Source: Rozella allomycis CSF55 (Eukaryota). Taken from it: 64,000 nucleotides of DNA. The stretch is from NCBI GenBank assembly GCA_000442015.1, contig KE561038.1, positions 1 through 64,000 on the forward strand, read 5' to 3'. Under the pieces are notes generated by a model. That model did not search any database. It was not told the origin of the DNA and worked only from the letters and a program-made list of their open reading frames with translations. The position numbers and the translations under genes were made by a program. This document shows positions 1 to 15,134 of this stretch, piece after piece (positions within the stretch are counted from its first letter, which is position 1; each line of letters opens with the position of its first letter).

Positions 1-936
1 TAATTTAGAAGACGAAAAAGAATGAAGAACAAAAAGTTGAAGCTTTGAAGGTTCCAACAAAAGTCAAAAAAGTCTCAAAGCAAACACTTTTAGATATAAA
101 TATCTGATTTCTTTTCAAAAATACCGATTATGAATTTCTAAATTAGTCCAAGTATCGTTACGAACATTGCGAGTATTTTCTGATTCAGTTATCTGTCCTG
201 TATTCTTATTTCTTGTCTATAGCTGATAATTTTAGGGTGCATAAGAATTTTATTTATTCATTGCTTTCTTTGTATACCGTAGATGGCTGATGGACCCTTA
301 GGTTACCACAACGGTTGGAAGGACAATCAAGATTCAAGAAACTTATAGAGTTATATTCTGATAACTCCTCTCGCATTTGTATTGTCCAATGTTTTCAATT
401 AAATATTCCAACTCATGAATTTATAATCGCGGGAATCGAGTTAAAGGCACTGTGATGTCTTCATAATGCTTTATTTTTATCTGATCCCTTTTCTTAGCTT
501 CGCCTTTGTATGAGTTTACTGCTACAAAAGCAACTTTGATTCCTTATACCATTGACATTACTACTCAATCTTTTCGCATAAAAAAGTAAAATGTTGGTCT
601 GTTTTCCAATTAAGATTTACCGTATTACAATTTAAAACGTAATATACACAGCATGTCACTAATTACATTAGAAGTTTAGAACGTGATGTATTTAGTACAT
701 GGCTTTCAAGGCAGCTCCCTTTATTTTTAGTATTACATCCTACACCGAATATGCAATAAATTAAAAGTACATCTTTTTCCTAACTTTTGTATTCATGTCT
801 GCTCCAGGTCATGGTAAAAATTGCCCATTACTACATTTTCAACTCATTTCTAAAAGTGTACCTAGTCTTCATTCAAAATTTAATTTTTTATGTGTTTTTA
901 TATTAATTTTCGCAGACCAAAATGAGCTGTGCCACC

Positions 937-1435
937 ATGCCAAAGATTCCTAAACGTAAAAACCGAAAGATACCTGAAGGGTTCGATTTGATCGAGCCTA
1001 CCATTAAAGAATTTGAAAGAAAAATGAGGGAGGGTAATACTGTTATTAGTTTTTAAGCAGTCGAAAGCGAATCGTCAGATACAAAAAGAGCGGTAGAGTC
1101 GCCATGGGGTGTTATGAGGGTTCACCATCAAAGAAGCCGTTATATTTATGACCTGTATAAAAGAAAAGCTATTACAAAGGAAGTTTATGACTACTGCTTA
1201 AACGAAGGTCTAGCTGATAGACATTTGATTGAAATGTGGAAAAAGGTAAGAGAATTCAAGAATTCTTATTTAGCCTGGATATGAAAACTTATGTTGCCTA
1301 CTTTGCATAAGAACTACTGACACCAACTTTGGAGGCACCTGTATTTGTAGAGTTCCTAAAAGCCAAAGATCTGAAAAGGCCGCTTTCCAGTGTCCAAATT
1401 GTGGATGTAGAGGATGCTGTGGAAAAATTGATTAA
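937..1435 (+). CDS. BUD31: Pre-mRNA splicing factor BUD31/G10 (3 exons; not in ORF track)
   Basis: Splicing 1034-1060 and 1246-1273 gives [22 protein letters not shown]...[12 protein letters not shown]...[15 protein letters not shown]...TCICRVPK...CPNCGCRGC, the G10 signature. Confidence 0.95.
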
Positions 1436-1464
1436 CTAAAACGATAATTTATTTTGAAGTGGAT

Positions 1465-2613
1465 TTATATTGAAACAATTATTGTCAATATTATTATCAA
1501 AGCTGTAATAGCACCAGTTTTTAAAACACTAGACTCATTGGTTATGTTCTTCTTTTGGGTAGCCATGTTGGCTTTACGCACCGTTGAAAGTCTCTTAGCG
1601 CTGAAACCGATGACCCCTGCAGATATTGGCGAAGATGTTGTTGCATTTTTTGATGTCGAATTGCAAAAGTTGCCTTCGTATATAACAGCAGCACGGCCTA
1701 AGATGCCATTATAGCTGATAGAATTAAGAACTACTGAATCAGCTGTAAAATTCAAATTTAGAAATCCTTTTTCATCGCTTAATCCGATCCCAAGATCCCC
1801 TGCGTGTCTCTCATTAGAGGGCAAGCATCCATGAGTTTTGTTATTGGGGTTGAAGTGCATTCCTACGTTCTTTAACCCTTTTCCTCTAAGTTCTCCATAT
1901 GTGGTAATAGCGAATGAGTAATTCGTGTTGGGCTTCATCCCGATAATATCCACATTGACTTCTATTTGAGTGTTGTTTTTTGATGCTATAAATTCAACGT
2001 ATCCTGTGCTATTTGAACTTTTTGAGTATGAGCGAATGTATGCTACAGTCATGTTGGACGCCGCCATAGTATTCACAATCGGAGTTTTTGGTTTTACTTT
2101 TTTATCGATGGTTTTTGTAAATGCAATTATGCCAGCTATTACAGGAACTTCTGTTATTTGTTTCGGGCATGAACCGTCAGTTTTAACAAGTGCAGCTGCT
2201 CTTCCTGGAAAATAGTATTGAGAAGATTCTGTCGCCAAACCTTTTTCATTAATTTCAAATCTAAAGTCTGTAATCTCCACGTTCTCCTCTACTAGAATTG
2301 GATCACCTAAATATCCCGGAGAATCGCACGTATTCGTGGCGTTTGCTGCTCCTAAAATGTTTGCATCTTTGAGAGACTCTAGGGTTCCAATGTCTCCCAA
2401 CTCTGTTACCACGAACCTGTAAACACCAGGATCCACTTTTGATAAAACCCCTTCAACGCCTATTTTGTTTTGAATGGTATTCTCTAATACTAATGAGCCT
2501 GATGGTCCACTACTGGAGCCTTTTGTCGGATGTACGAGAAGAAGAGAATATTCTTGACCCAATGAATAAACTTGTGAGAAAAGAAGAAATAAATATATCG
2601 AAAACCTATGCAT
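1465..2613 (-). CDS. Secreted/membrane-anchored protein with two Cu/Zn-SOD-fold domains, Cu ligands missing
   Basis: Signal peptide MHRFSIYLFLLFSQVYS; HFNPNNKTHG...RHAGDLG, GRAAVI and AGVIG in domain 2; degenerate copy (GYLGD, PGRAAAL, AGII) in domain 1; hydrophobic C-terminus. First ATG at 2613. Confidence 0.8.
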   Translation of the reverse strand: MHRFSIYLFLLFSQVYSLGQEYSLLLVHPTKGSSSGPSGSLVLENTIQNKIGVEGVLSKVDPGVYRFVVTELGDIGTLESLKDANILGAANATNTCDSPGYLGDPILVEENVEITDFRFEINEKGLATESSQYYFPGRAAALVKTDGSCPKQITEVPVIAGIIAFTKTIDKKVKPKTPIVNTMAASNMTVAYIRSYSKSSNSTGYVEFIASKNNTQIEVNVDIIGMKPNTNYSFAITTYGELRGKGLKNVGMHFNPNNKTHGCLPSNERHAGDLGIGLSDEKGFLNLNFTADSVVLNSISYNGILGRAAVIYEGNFCNSTSKNATTSSPISAGVIGFSAKRLSTVRKANMATQKKNITNESSVLKTGAITALIIILTIIVSI

Positions 2614-2712
2614 ATTTCCTAACAATGCGGAGATTTTTGTAACAAGGTTTCTATTTATGGACACTCATTTAAATTAATGCTTAAATAACTAGATTTATTG
2701 AAAGTTCTAAAT

Positions 2713-4084
<1,372 letters not shown>

Positions 4085-4215
4085 TCAATTCGTAAATTTC
4101 GTTTCGAGATGAACTAGATCAATCACTGATGACTTCAATCAACATTTTGGGAATGGATATTACATGAAGTCATAAATATACTAATATTTAATATGCTCTG
4201 ACTATGAACACTCAT

Positions 4216-5298
4216 TTATTCAAAACTTGGCCCATTGTAGAGTGGAACTATTTGAGTTGGATTTATTTGACGGTGCGACATGTAATAATGTTTCTTTTAA
4301 AAGATTTTAAACATCATACCTTAATGTGTTCCATGTTTACTGTTTCCTTGATGCCTTTAATAGCCATAATTCTTTTTGTCCATTTCATTATGTTGGGATA
4401 ATCTCTTAAAGACTTTAAATTGCATTTGAAATGACCAAAATAAACTGGTTCAAATCTCAAATTGATGACATGTGAACTGATACCTTATAATTGTCGTGAA
4501 TAACCTTAAATCAGCTTCAGTAAAGACACCGCCTACTAAATACTCTGCATTCATAAGTATTTCTTCTACTCTGTCCAATCCTTCGAATACTTTCTTGCAG
4601 TGCATTTCATCTATGTCTGACATTATCAAACGTTACAAACATCTTGGTTAGTGGCAAACCCAGCCTTGTAAACTCCGTTATTGATCAAATCATAAATCCA
4701 AGTATTCATTTCATCGATTTCTTTCGAGTGTTGTTCAGGGTATAATGTGAAATTCTTGCTTGAAGACCATTCATCGAATGCGTGATTGAATATTCTGATT
4801 ATTTCAGATGATTCATTATTCACAATAGTGTTCAATTCACGATCCCATAAAACCGGTACTGTAAATCTTCCTACAATACTAATTTTTATATTAGATACCT
4901 TTGTAATTTGGATCCGCTCTTAAATAGAGATCCTTGAGATATTTTGATCCGTATAAAGGATCAGGAATACACCCAGGAGTCTCTGTTTCTGTGCTGAATT
5001 TCCAACCTTAATTGCTCGGAATCATTGGAATTACCTTGATCAGACATCAAATAGTCTACAATAGAGAGACCTATGCAGTCTTCCAACCCTTTCAATTTTC
5101 TTGCAATCAATGCTCTGTGGGCCTTTTAAATACAAAATTAAATTCAACTAATACCCATGGACAAGCTAGTGAGATGTAAAGGATGTATCTGTTTGCTTGG
5201 GGTGGGTGTAGACTTCCCTTTTCAATGTAATTTCTAAAGGAACTCGTTTGCCTAACGAATTCGCCCTTCTCATTCGCCCACTTTAGTATGGATGACAT
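4216..5298 (-). CDS. ECM4: Glutathionyl-hydroquinone reductase (omega-like GST, ECM4/YqjG family)
   Basis: GEFVRQTSSFR, LYISLACPWAHR, RFTVPVLWD, IVNNESSEIIR, INNGVYKAGFA, HIKKHYYMSH..INP motifs across short introns. Confidence 0.9.
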
Positions 5299-5368
5299 TA
5301 TGGAAAATTTAAAATATTTCAAAGTTTATTAGTTCGAAATCGTATTTACCCTTTTTGAATTTTCACTA

Positions 5369-6686
<1,318 letters not shown>

Positions 6687-6820
6687 TAAAATAATTGAAT
6701 ATTCAAAATTTCTTTATTGATTCAATACTCAAATTGCTATTTGTACCCTTACTATTGTGCCCAGGTAAGGAGCGAACACTTACTCCTTTTGATAGACTAG
6801 TTTTTGAAAATAATAAGAAT

Positions 6821-7974
6821 TTACGTAGTATTTTTCTGAACTTTATCCATGTGATCGATGCAAACGCGTTCCAGTTCCGTAACTAACCTATCATCAATGT
6901 ATTCTATCCATAAGAATCGTTTTCAATACTTACGCAAACTTTTGCTATACGATATGATCTGATTTCTATATCGTGGTTTCTTTGTTATAGGGTTATCTTT
7001 TAATGAAATAGCTTGAATTTGAGTGCTTTGCTTCAAAAATTCCTTTAAGCCCAATTTAAACTTCTTCGATATGTCATACCTNTGGATTATCTTTTAATGA
7101 AATAGCTTGAATTTGAGTGCTATGTTTCAAAAATTCCTTTAAGCCCAATTTAAACTTCTTCGATATGGCATACCTCTATATCCTCAATATTATTTCCAGA
7201 AAGGTCAATAGTTTGTAAAGTAGGGAATCCTGAAGGAATGGTATTGATTTCACATCGTCTGGCATTTATTACTTCAATACTTGGCTTTTTTGTTTCAATA
7301 ATTAATATACTGTTAANCTAGGAAATCCTGCAGGAATGGCATTGATTTCACATCTTCTGGCATGTATTACTTCAATACTTGGCTTTTTTGTTTCAATAAT
7401 TAATATACTGTTAATTCATCTCTTAATTGAAAGTGCATCTTATTTCTCTGGTCATCAACATTTAAAACTTTAAGATTAACTAGTGGTGTTTCCAGTTCCA
7501 GATTTTCGATNTAATTCATCTGTTAATTGAAATTGCATCTTATTTCTCTGGTCATCAACATTCAAAACTTTAAGATTAACTAATGGGGTTTCCAGTTCCA
7601 GATTTTCGATATAGTTTTTGGACACATTTCTATATAAATATGATTTCACCTATTCATTTACAGCAATTTTAGTTTTGGAGGGCTGCCTATTGAGAGGATG
7701 GAACTTAATCTGTTGTTTTGAAGATACAATTCCACCAAGTTACCTAAACAAGTACAATCGGGTATTTTATTAAAAGAATTGTCATATAAATATAGCACTT
7801 TAAGATTTTCAAGATATCCTAACACTGCGGGAGACTCAATTATCGCAATTATTTCATTTTTACAAAATAGATGATAGATCTATTCGGAAATGATAGAACA
7901 CTTAATTTCTTTAAATTTTCTTCATTATTTTGTTTCGTAAGTTTTATAAGACCGTCCAATGACACTATCTTCAT
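6821..7974 (-). CDS. PPP1R42: Leucine-rich-repeat protein, PPP1R42/LRRC67-like (interrupted by N-join duplications)
   Basis: Spliced translation MKIVSLDGLIK...LKVLYLYDN...LVELYLQNN...LNVDDQR...LSGNNI...DNPITKKPRYRNQIISYSKSLQYIDD matches PPP1R42 order and LRR cap. Confidence 0.7.
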
Positions 7975-8021
7975 GTTTGATGACTTTTGTAATTTTACCG
8001 TTTACAAGTACACAAACTAAA

Positions 8022-8327
8022 ATGACAGAAAAGCCCGTGAGTTGGATTGTAGAACATGTTCAAAGGGAAAGAAATCATGTTCCATATACTCCTGCAATAT
8101 ACAACAAAGTTGAACAACCGAAGCATAGATTCACAAACGAGGAAATGAATAAGATTATAGATAACTTTGAAATTGATAACATGGAAAGCGATTTGAACGA
8201 TGTAGATTCAATGAAGGGACATTTTGAAGGCTGGTCTAAAGAAATGTGTGACAAATATCGTGATTGAATGAAGTAGTCGTAGGCAAAGTAGCGCAATTAG
8301 AATAAATAACACCGATCGTTCTTATTA
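8022..8327 (+). CDS. Small hypothetical protein (3' end uncertain)
   Basis: ATG 8022 opens an ~80-codon ORF with protein-like composition (MTEKPVSWIVEHVQRER...). It ends at 8267 unspliced or ~8327 via a possible intron. Confidence 0.35.
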
Positions 8328-8420
8328 ATATTTGAAACATTTGAATTTCTTTGAAAATATTAGATTCTCTACTTTAACAAAATTGGTTGCTATGGTAAAC
8401 CAATTTTGTGTAAAGAAACA

Positions 8421-9406
8421 ATGGTCCAAGCCAATACAAAGTTAAAAGCCAACCCAAAATCGCTTAATAGACAAAGATTAACAAAGAGTGCTCAAAAGAG
8501 ACAAGAACGATATGATCATGCAATCAAGGTGCAAAAATCAATAAGACCGACCTACCCCGATGATGTTACTAAACTGAAAGAAATGTTGGTAGTGCGAGAT
8601 GAAAAACTAAAGAATATTTCAAACGAATTAAAATGCCTAAAGGAAGTAAACCACCATCTATTATTAAAGTGAGGCCAACCGAAGGCAAGAAAGAGCATTA
8701 ATCAACTCTGACTCTAATGAAACCGAAAAAATAATCAGTCAATTAAACAATGAACTAATTATCCAAAAGGTAATTACCTAATCTTTTGATTACTAGAAAG
8801 CCGCCAAAGCAACTAAAGAACACAACTCATTGCTAACAAAGCAAATAAAGGGCTTACATGATGAGCTTTTCAGGCTGCACCATGAAAATGAACGCGTTCA
8901 GAGCTTGCTAGTATCAAATTCAGGGACAAAAGATGCGAGCAATGTTATTACATTGCAAGCGAAAATTGAAGAGCTTAATAAAAAGATAGAGGAAAAGGAC
9001 CAAAAAATATCAGTATGCTATTTGTTATTTTTACCATGTATAGGAATGTGAAAAGCATATTAAAATACTGATCAAGCAAAGGGACAATTTCGAGGAACAA
9101 ATAAAAAGGGATGATGCTAAATGGAACCAACGATTTGAAGCATGGCAGAAGAAAGAAATTAAACTAACCAATAAGATATCAGTAAAGTCATTTCAACGCG
9201 AGTAATAAAAGGAATTTGACAAGTACAATTTAACACGGCATTCATCCCGCGCACAAAGCGGTGACACTGACATTGTGGAAGCGAAAAAGACCAATGGCCA
9301 TCCTCCCACAATTAAAGAAGAGGATGCCAAGGTACACCTGCCAAAGGAGCAAAAGTTCAATGACAACCGCAAGAAATTCCCATGGGAAGAAAAAGGCAGG
9401 AGGTAG
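8421..9406 (+). CDS. Coiled-coil protein, lebercilin (LCA5)-domain-like
   Basis: Spliced product ELKCLKEANRRQERAL...ELFRL...IEEKDQKI...EFDKYNL resembles the lebercilin domain pattern; four short GT-AG introns. Confidence 0.5.
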
Positions 9407-9526
9407 AAATAAAACTACAAATTTTGTGTAAAATAATGTGGCATACAAATCGTGAGCACAAATGTACTTCTCTAGTCAGACCAAAGGTCTCACTCAACTC
9501 CATACAAAATTGCTCAATGATTCCAT

Positions 9527-9856
9527 TTATTGTTTGGCGATGATATCAGAGTCACCTGGATCGGTGATGGACATGACGCCGACTCTGAAGAATTTACCGC
9601 AAGCAGTTCCCAAATCGATGTTGTTTCCAGAGTAGTGATGGACAGGAGTCTTTGACAACATGGCATAGTATTCGATTTCAGATTTTCTCAAAGCTGGGGT
9701 GTTTGAGGAGAGGATGATGAGCTTGGCCTTGTTGTTACGGATGGAGCTGAGAGTAGACTTTACACCGAGAGTGTATTTACCACTTTTGACAACGAGAGCG
9801 AGCTTGGAGTTGATGGATTCGATAGACTTTTTGGCTTTCTTTTGTTGAGCGACCAT
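9527..9856 (-). CDS. RPL30: 60S ribosomal protein L30 (eL30), intronless
   Basis: [43 protein letters not shown]. Confidence 0.98.
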   Translation of the reverse strand: MVAQQKKAKKSIESINSKLALVVKSGKYTLGVKSTLSSIRNNKAKLIILSSNTPALRKSEIEYYAMLSKTPVHHYSGNNIDLGTACGKFFRVGVMSITDPGDSDIIAKQ

Positions 9857-9966
9857 TTCGTACAGGGGTGATAGAAAATTTTCTTTTTTATTTGTTGAAA
9901 ATTTCAGGAAATTTTAGAAAGTGTGATAAATTATTGATACATTACTTCAATGAGAATGTAAATTTA

Positions 9967-12000
9967 TTAATTTATTGTTTTTAAGGTCTTAGCGTTAATG
10001 CTGACTTTTCTTGCCTTTTTGCTTGAATCCATATTTGACTCACTTGGACGCTTGTTGGTTAAAGGAAAGAATTTTTTGAATTCAGGATAATCTGTGATTG
10101 ATTGAAAGTAGAATTTAAGTTTCTTCTTATTTTCTTCATTTTTAACGACAATCCATTCTTTTGTTCTATTTGAATGATTTAATTTTTTGATTAGAAACCC
10201 ATTTTTGAGACATTTGTCTAGAAGAGATTTGGATTGTTTTAGAGAATAGCCTAGACGAGGAGCGAATTGTCTTGGGGATTGAATGCCTTCGTGATAGAGA
10301 ATAGATAAAACTCTTCTGAATGTTGATAAATCTTTAATGAATGAAATTAGAGAAGAGTTTGAATTGTATAGACAAAAGTAGCAAGTGTGAGAATCAACGT
10401 CCAGTCGTTTGTCTCTGTTTGAAAAATAGCCAGAGCAAACTGTGTGGGACCAATTTAAACATTTATTGCATTTTATTAAATCACATGAATTATCATTATC
10501 GCCACAATAGCATTTTATAGTTGATTTAATTGGTGAAACATTTTGAGCTGGAATTTCATTTAATGCGTTTGATAATTCTTTCAATTGACTTCTAGTGAAT
10601 CTTTGATTGAAAATATCAGATTCAACTGGGCTTTGATTTGTAAAACTTTCTTTTTCTATTATTAATGTTTGTGAAGTTTTCAAAGATAAATTCATTGGCT
10701 TCAAACTGGGGATTGGCAGTGGTTGAGTTGTTTGATTTGAATTTATTAATTGTCCTTGACTTGATTGTTTTTCAACTTTATCAAGCAGCCCCTGAACCTT
10801 ATTAGTTGAAGGCCCTGGTTTATTAATCTCAACTTTTTTGCTTGGCTGTTCTTTCACCTTATTAATTAAACTCTCTTCCTTTTCAACTCCTTCAATTTCT
10901 TCTTCAACTACCTCTTCACTTTTCTTGTCATCAACTTTCTTCTTTACTAAATCTTTGGCCATGTCTTGCGTCGTCTTNGTCTTCCTTTTCAAATTCTTTT
11001 TCAATTTCTTCTACAACTGCATCTTCAGTTTTCTTTTCATCAACTTTCTTCTTTACTAAATCTTTGGCCATGTCTTGCGTCGTCTTTATGGACACAATTA
11101 ATCTTATTAATTCAATTCAAATTAATGTACTTGTGGGTTTTATTTTCAGCTCTTCCAAATTCAACCTTCAATGGCTCATCTTCAAATTCAATCTTCACTT
11201 CCTCTTCACTAGCGGCTCTAAAAAATGGCGGCTCATAATCTTTTGGCGTAAATTCATCATGATAATAAATTTGTATCGTCAAATATTTATTTTCTTTCCT
11301 TGCCAATTCAATTCATTACCTGGAAGAGGCTTCAATGTTTGCGTCAGAATACAAACAGTCTTCAATATCTTCACAGTCATTTGCTTAAACTGCTTATCAT
11401 CCAATGCTACTGACTGTCCAACCTCATTCCCCTGCTGCGTTGACAAGTAGAAAACACTCGTCTGTGTATCATTCTCTTCACCCTTCTCTTCACTTTTCCT
11501 CTCGGGATACTCAACTCTCACTGTATATGTTTCTATCATCTCATTTGGTTTATTAGCATCTTCATAAATACCAAACACTATCGCTTTTAACTATCTATCT
11601 CACTTAATCATCTTACATATTTCTTCTTCAATGCATCAAAGCAACCCTTTTCAATCCTTTGCAAATCATCAAAATGTCTTACCAGTCCAAGAATGTATCG
11701 GATACTTTACTTACACCTCTCTTTATAGCTTTAATGCTCAAGTCTACTTTTATCTCAACCATTCACTTACCATTCACTTTCCTTTCCTCAAATGCGTCCT
11801 CTGGAAACAAATCCCTAAATCACATTCATCTCATCATCTTACCTCAAATAACAGACACATCCAAATGTTGTCGATATGAGCTCCTGAGACAGCGCAAGCG
11901 ATTGCTGCATTTCAACATCCACATTAGTCTTTTGCTTTGCAGCATTCTTCACTCTTTGTTTCTACTCCCATACTCACATCCTCCTTACCTGGATTGGCAT
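9967..12000 (-). CDS. HOP1: Meiotic HORMA-domain protein Hop1 with PHD/winged-helix region
   Basis: Micro-exons give CYLRDLFPEDAF...WIEKGCFDALKKKYL...ETYT...TQTLKPLP...TPKDYEPPFF (HORMA); CYC..C..C...H..C...CYFC PHD; C-terminal RKVS closure-like motif. Confidence 0.88.
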
Positions 12001-12082
12001 TATAGACCCTGGCCGTGGCTGATATTTTACAAACTGAAATTTCAAAAGCGATAAAAGTGATACATGAAATTTTATTAATAAT

Positions 12083-13778
12083 TTATCTCCACAAATTGAT
12101 TTTGCAAGATTCTGTATACGCAAGAAGAATCGATTTCGTTGGATGATGAAGAAATCCAATAGAGTCCTTGTCAAATTTCGCAGCACAATCTTCAAATCTA
12201 TCGTGTTGCATATTAAAGGCCAAGCATTTCCCAGTTTCCAATAAAATGTAAGCGTACGTTTCGCTATTAGAAAATGCTACGTGAGTTATTGGCGCATCAA
12301 TTTCAGGTTTTGATATATTCTTGACAATCTAATATATCGTACATAGAAACATTACCTTGCCATTTGGATCAATAATTGAAAGAGTGTTTGTATTTCCAAC
12401 GACCGTCATGTGTGAATTCTTCATCACGTTCAATGATAACACAGAGCATGAAACCATATTATTGCTTGGGTCCTTAAAAGGATGAATAACTTTTGAGCAT
12501 TGTCCGGTTTTCACATTCCAAAACTAATCATTCAAACACGCATTTCTTACTCGTATACTGCCATCCGAAGAAGCACTGATAACCGATAGTCCATCTCTAG
12601 TAAATAACGCATCATTGACAAAAGATGTATGTCCTCTAAACTCTTTCAGGCAACTCATAGATTTTATCCCCAACATTTTGATTGTATTGTCAAAACTGGT
12701 CGTTACAATATACTGCTGGTCAAATGAAAAATTAATAGATGTGATTCCTTTTAAATGAGGTCTGGATGTTTTATATAGTTTTCCTGTTTGAACATTCCAT
12801 ATAGATAGTTCACCCTGGTTGGAACCAGAGGCCAAAGTAACGTTATCTTTTGCAAATCGTAATGCCGTTACATGGTTTTCCATGATCATAAAATTTTCCT
12901 ATTTAATTATTACGTTATGAAACTACCTTTGCTTGATACTCTAGATCTGTGCGAAGTTGGCCGGTTTGTATGTTCCAAACTTCAATAAATCCATCAGCAG
13001 ATCCTGTAACGAAAAACGAACCATTGGGAGAGAAGCATCCGCTTTCTGCAAAAGATCCAGGTGCAAATTTAATGTTGGCATAGTTTACAGAAGGAATTCT
13101 TTCTTCATCGGAACCAGATGTCGCATTTTCTCCCTTGAAAATATCCAAGGCGCTTGTTTCTTTAGACAGAATCCCATTTTCTTTGTTGAACTTTATTGCT
13201 TGTCCAAGAAGAGTTAGTAATCGACTAGGCTCGACAACCTCCATTTGGCTAGTCAGTTCTAATCAAACTAATAAAGCATTATTACTTTGTGCTATATCTC
13301 TTCTTCTTTTTTCTTTCGTTGTACCTTGGTAGGCCTATTAAAGGTTTGAGTAACAATTACTTGACTAGGATCAAATGTATGCTTTGCCAGCATGTATTCC
13401 AACTTAAGATAACGATCTGGATCAATTTCTCGCAAAACAATCATAGGATCAGTTTGTCTTAATACCGATCTAGCTGTTCCAACTTCTCCAATTTCCATGA
13501 GCTCATAAAATACATGCTCAAATAAATCGACAAGGTTCTTGCTTGGCATTTGAACAGAATTTAACTCTTCAAAAACTTTATCCCAGTTTCCTTCAATAAT
13601 ATTAGATTTGAACATTTCTGGATCGTCCACAGTATTCAACGAGACCTGTGATTCTTCTTGCAAAACAGAAAAAGAGTTTGACAGGTTGTTTTCTTTCAAA
13701 AATTGTAGTATCAGTCTTACGACACTATTTTATCAGTTAGAAAATATTTTACTCGTTTGCTTCGATTTCTAATGACAT
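12083..13778 (-). CDS. SMU1: WD40 spliceosomal protein SMU1
   Basis: [70 protein letters not shown]. Confidence 0.93.
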
Positions 13779-13809
13779 TCAAAAATTCAAATTTTCTCAA
13801 TTTCTTGAA

Positions 13810-15092
13810 ATGAAGTTCTATTGCCTCATATTCCTGATTGTACTTCATTTGGCTAAATGTGATAATGTTGCTTCGTTTTTTGGAAAATCGCATACAAATA
13901 ATTGGGCAGTTTTGGTTTGTACATCTAGATTCTGGTTTAATTACCGACATATCGCAAATATTCTTTCTATTTACAGGACAGTCAAAAGATTTGGAATTCC
14001 AGATAGCCAAATTATAGTGATGCTAGCTGACGATGTCGCATGCAATGCACGTAACAAATTCCCGGCTACAGTGTTTAATAATAAAAACCAGGCAATAAAT
14101 CTTTATGGAGAAGAAATTGAAGTTGATTACAGGGGATATGAAGTAACAGTCGAAAATTTTGTGCGCGTTCTTACTGGTAGATATGTTCATGGTTGAAAAT
14201 AGATCGACATTCTGATGATGTACCACAATCGAAAAGATTAATGACAGATGAGAATAGCAATATTCTCGTTTATATGACTGGTAATATTAAGGCTATTTTA
14301 ATCATAAGGGCATGGTGGAGAAGACTTTTTAAAATTTCAGGACTCTGAGGAAATCACAAGCATAGAGCTTGCAGATACCTTCAATCAAATGTTTGAAATG
14401 AAAAGGTGCTTAAAATTATAGATTGTTTAAATAGATACAATGAAATACTATTTATGATTGATACTTGCAAGGCTAATTCCATGTTCTCCTATTTCTATTC
14501 ACCGAATATAATAGCGATGGGAAGTAGCGAAAGGGGACAAAATTCCTATTCTGTAATAAATTTGCCTATTGTAAGAAAAGCATCATTTGGATGAAGACTT
14601 GGGTGTCGCTGTGATTGATCGTTGGACATACTTCACATTAGAGTACTTGGAGTCGTTGAATCGATCATCAATGGCAACTCTTCAACAACTTGTAATTTTA
14701 TTACGTTAAATATACAGACTCGATATTGGAATCCGAATCTAATTTTGTCTAATCCTGGCGTACGGACAGATCTTTTCGTAAACAGGCCTTATGAAAACGT
14801 TCATGTAATGGACTTCTTTGGAAACGTACAAGAAACTCTACTGGTTGCCGATTTGATGGAAGGCTCGCATGTGCCGCTCAATCGGTCATTCATAAAAGCG
14901 CAGCCGAAGTTAAAGGATTATGTAGCTGATATATATGAGGCAAACCTCGCAAAGCCAAAAGAATTAGAGAGAAAGTACTTAACAATTAATATTAAGAGAC
15001 GAACGAACAAGAGTTATCTATACGAAAAAGTCCTTCTTGTACTAGGATTCATGTTCCTTCTCTTTCTTTCATTAAAGGAAGTTTTAAATTAA
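13810..15092 (+). CDS. GPI8: GPI-anchor transamidase catalytic subunit Gpi8/PIG-K
   Basis: [44 protein letters not shown] catalytic dyad, C-terminal TM helix. Confidence 0.96.
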
Positions 15093-15134
15093 TTGGATAA
15101 ATAACATTGGGAAATGTGAGTATATTTATTTATT

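Noticed and set aside
1-107. Possible terminal exon (KTKKNEEQKVEALK...DINI*) on the + strand
   Set aside because: Too short and truncated by the window edge to support a call.
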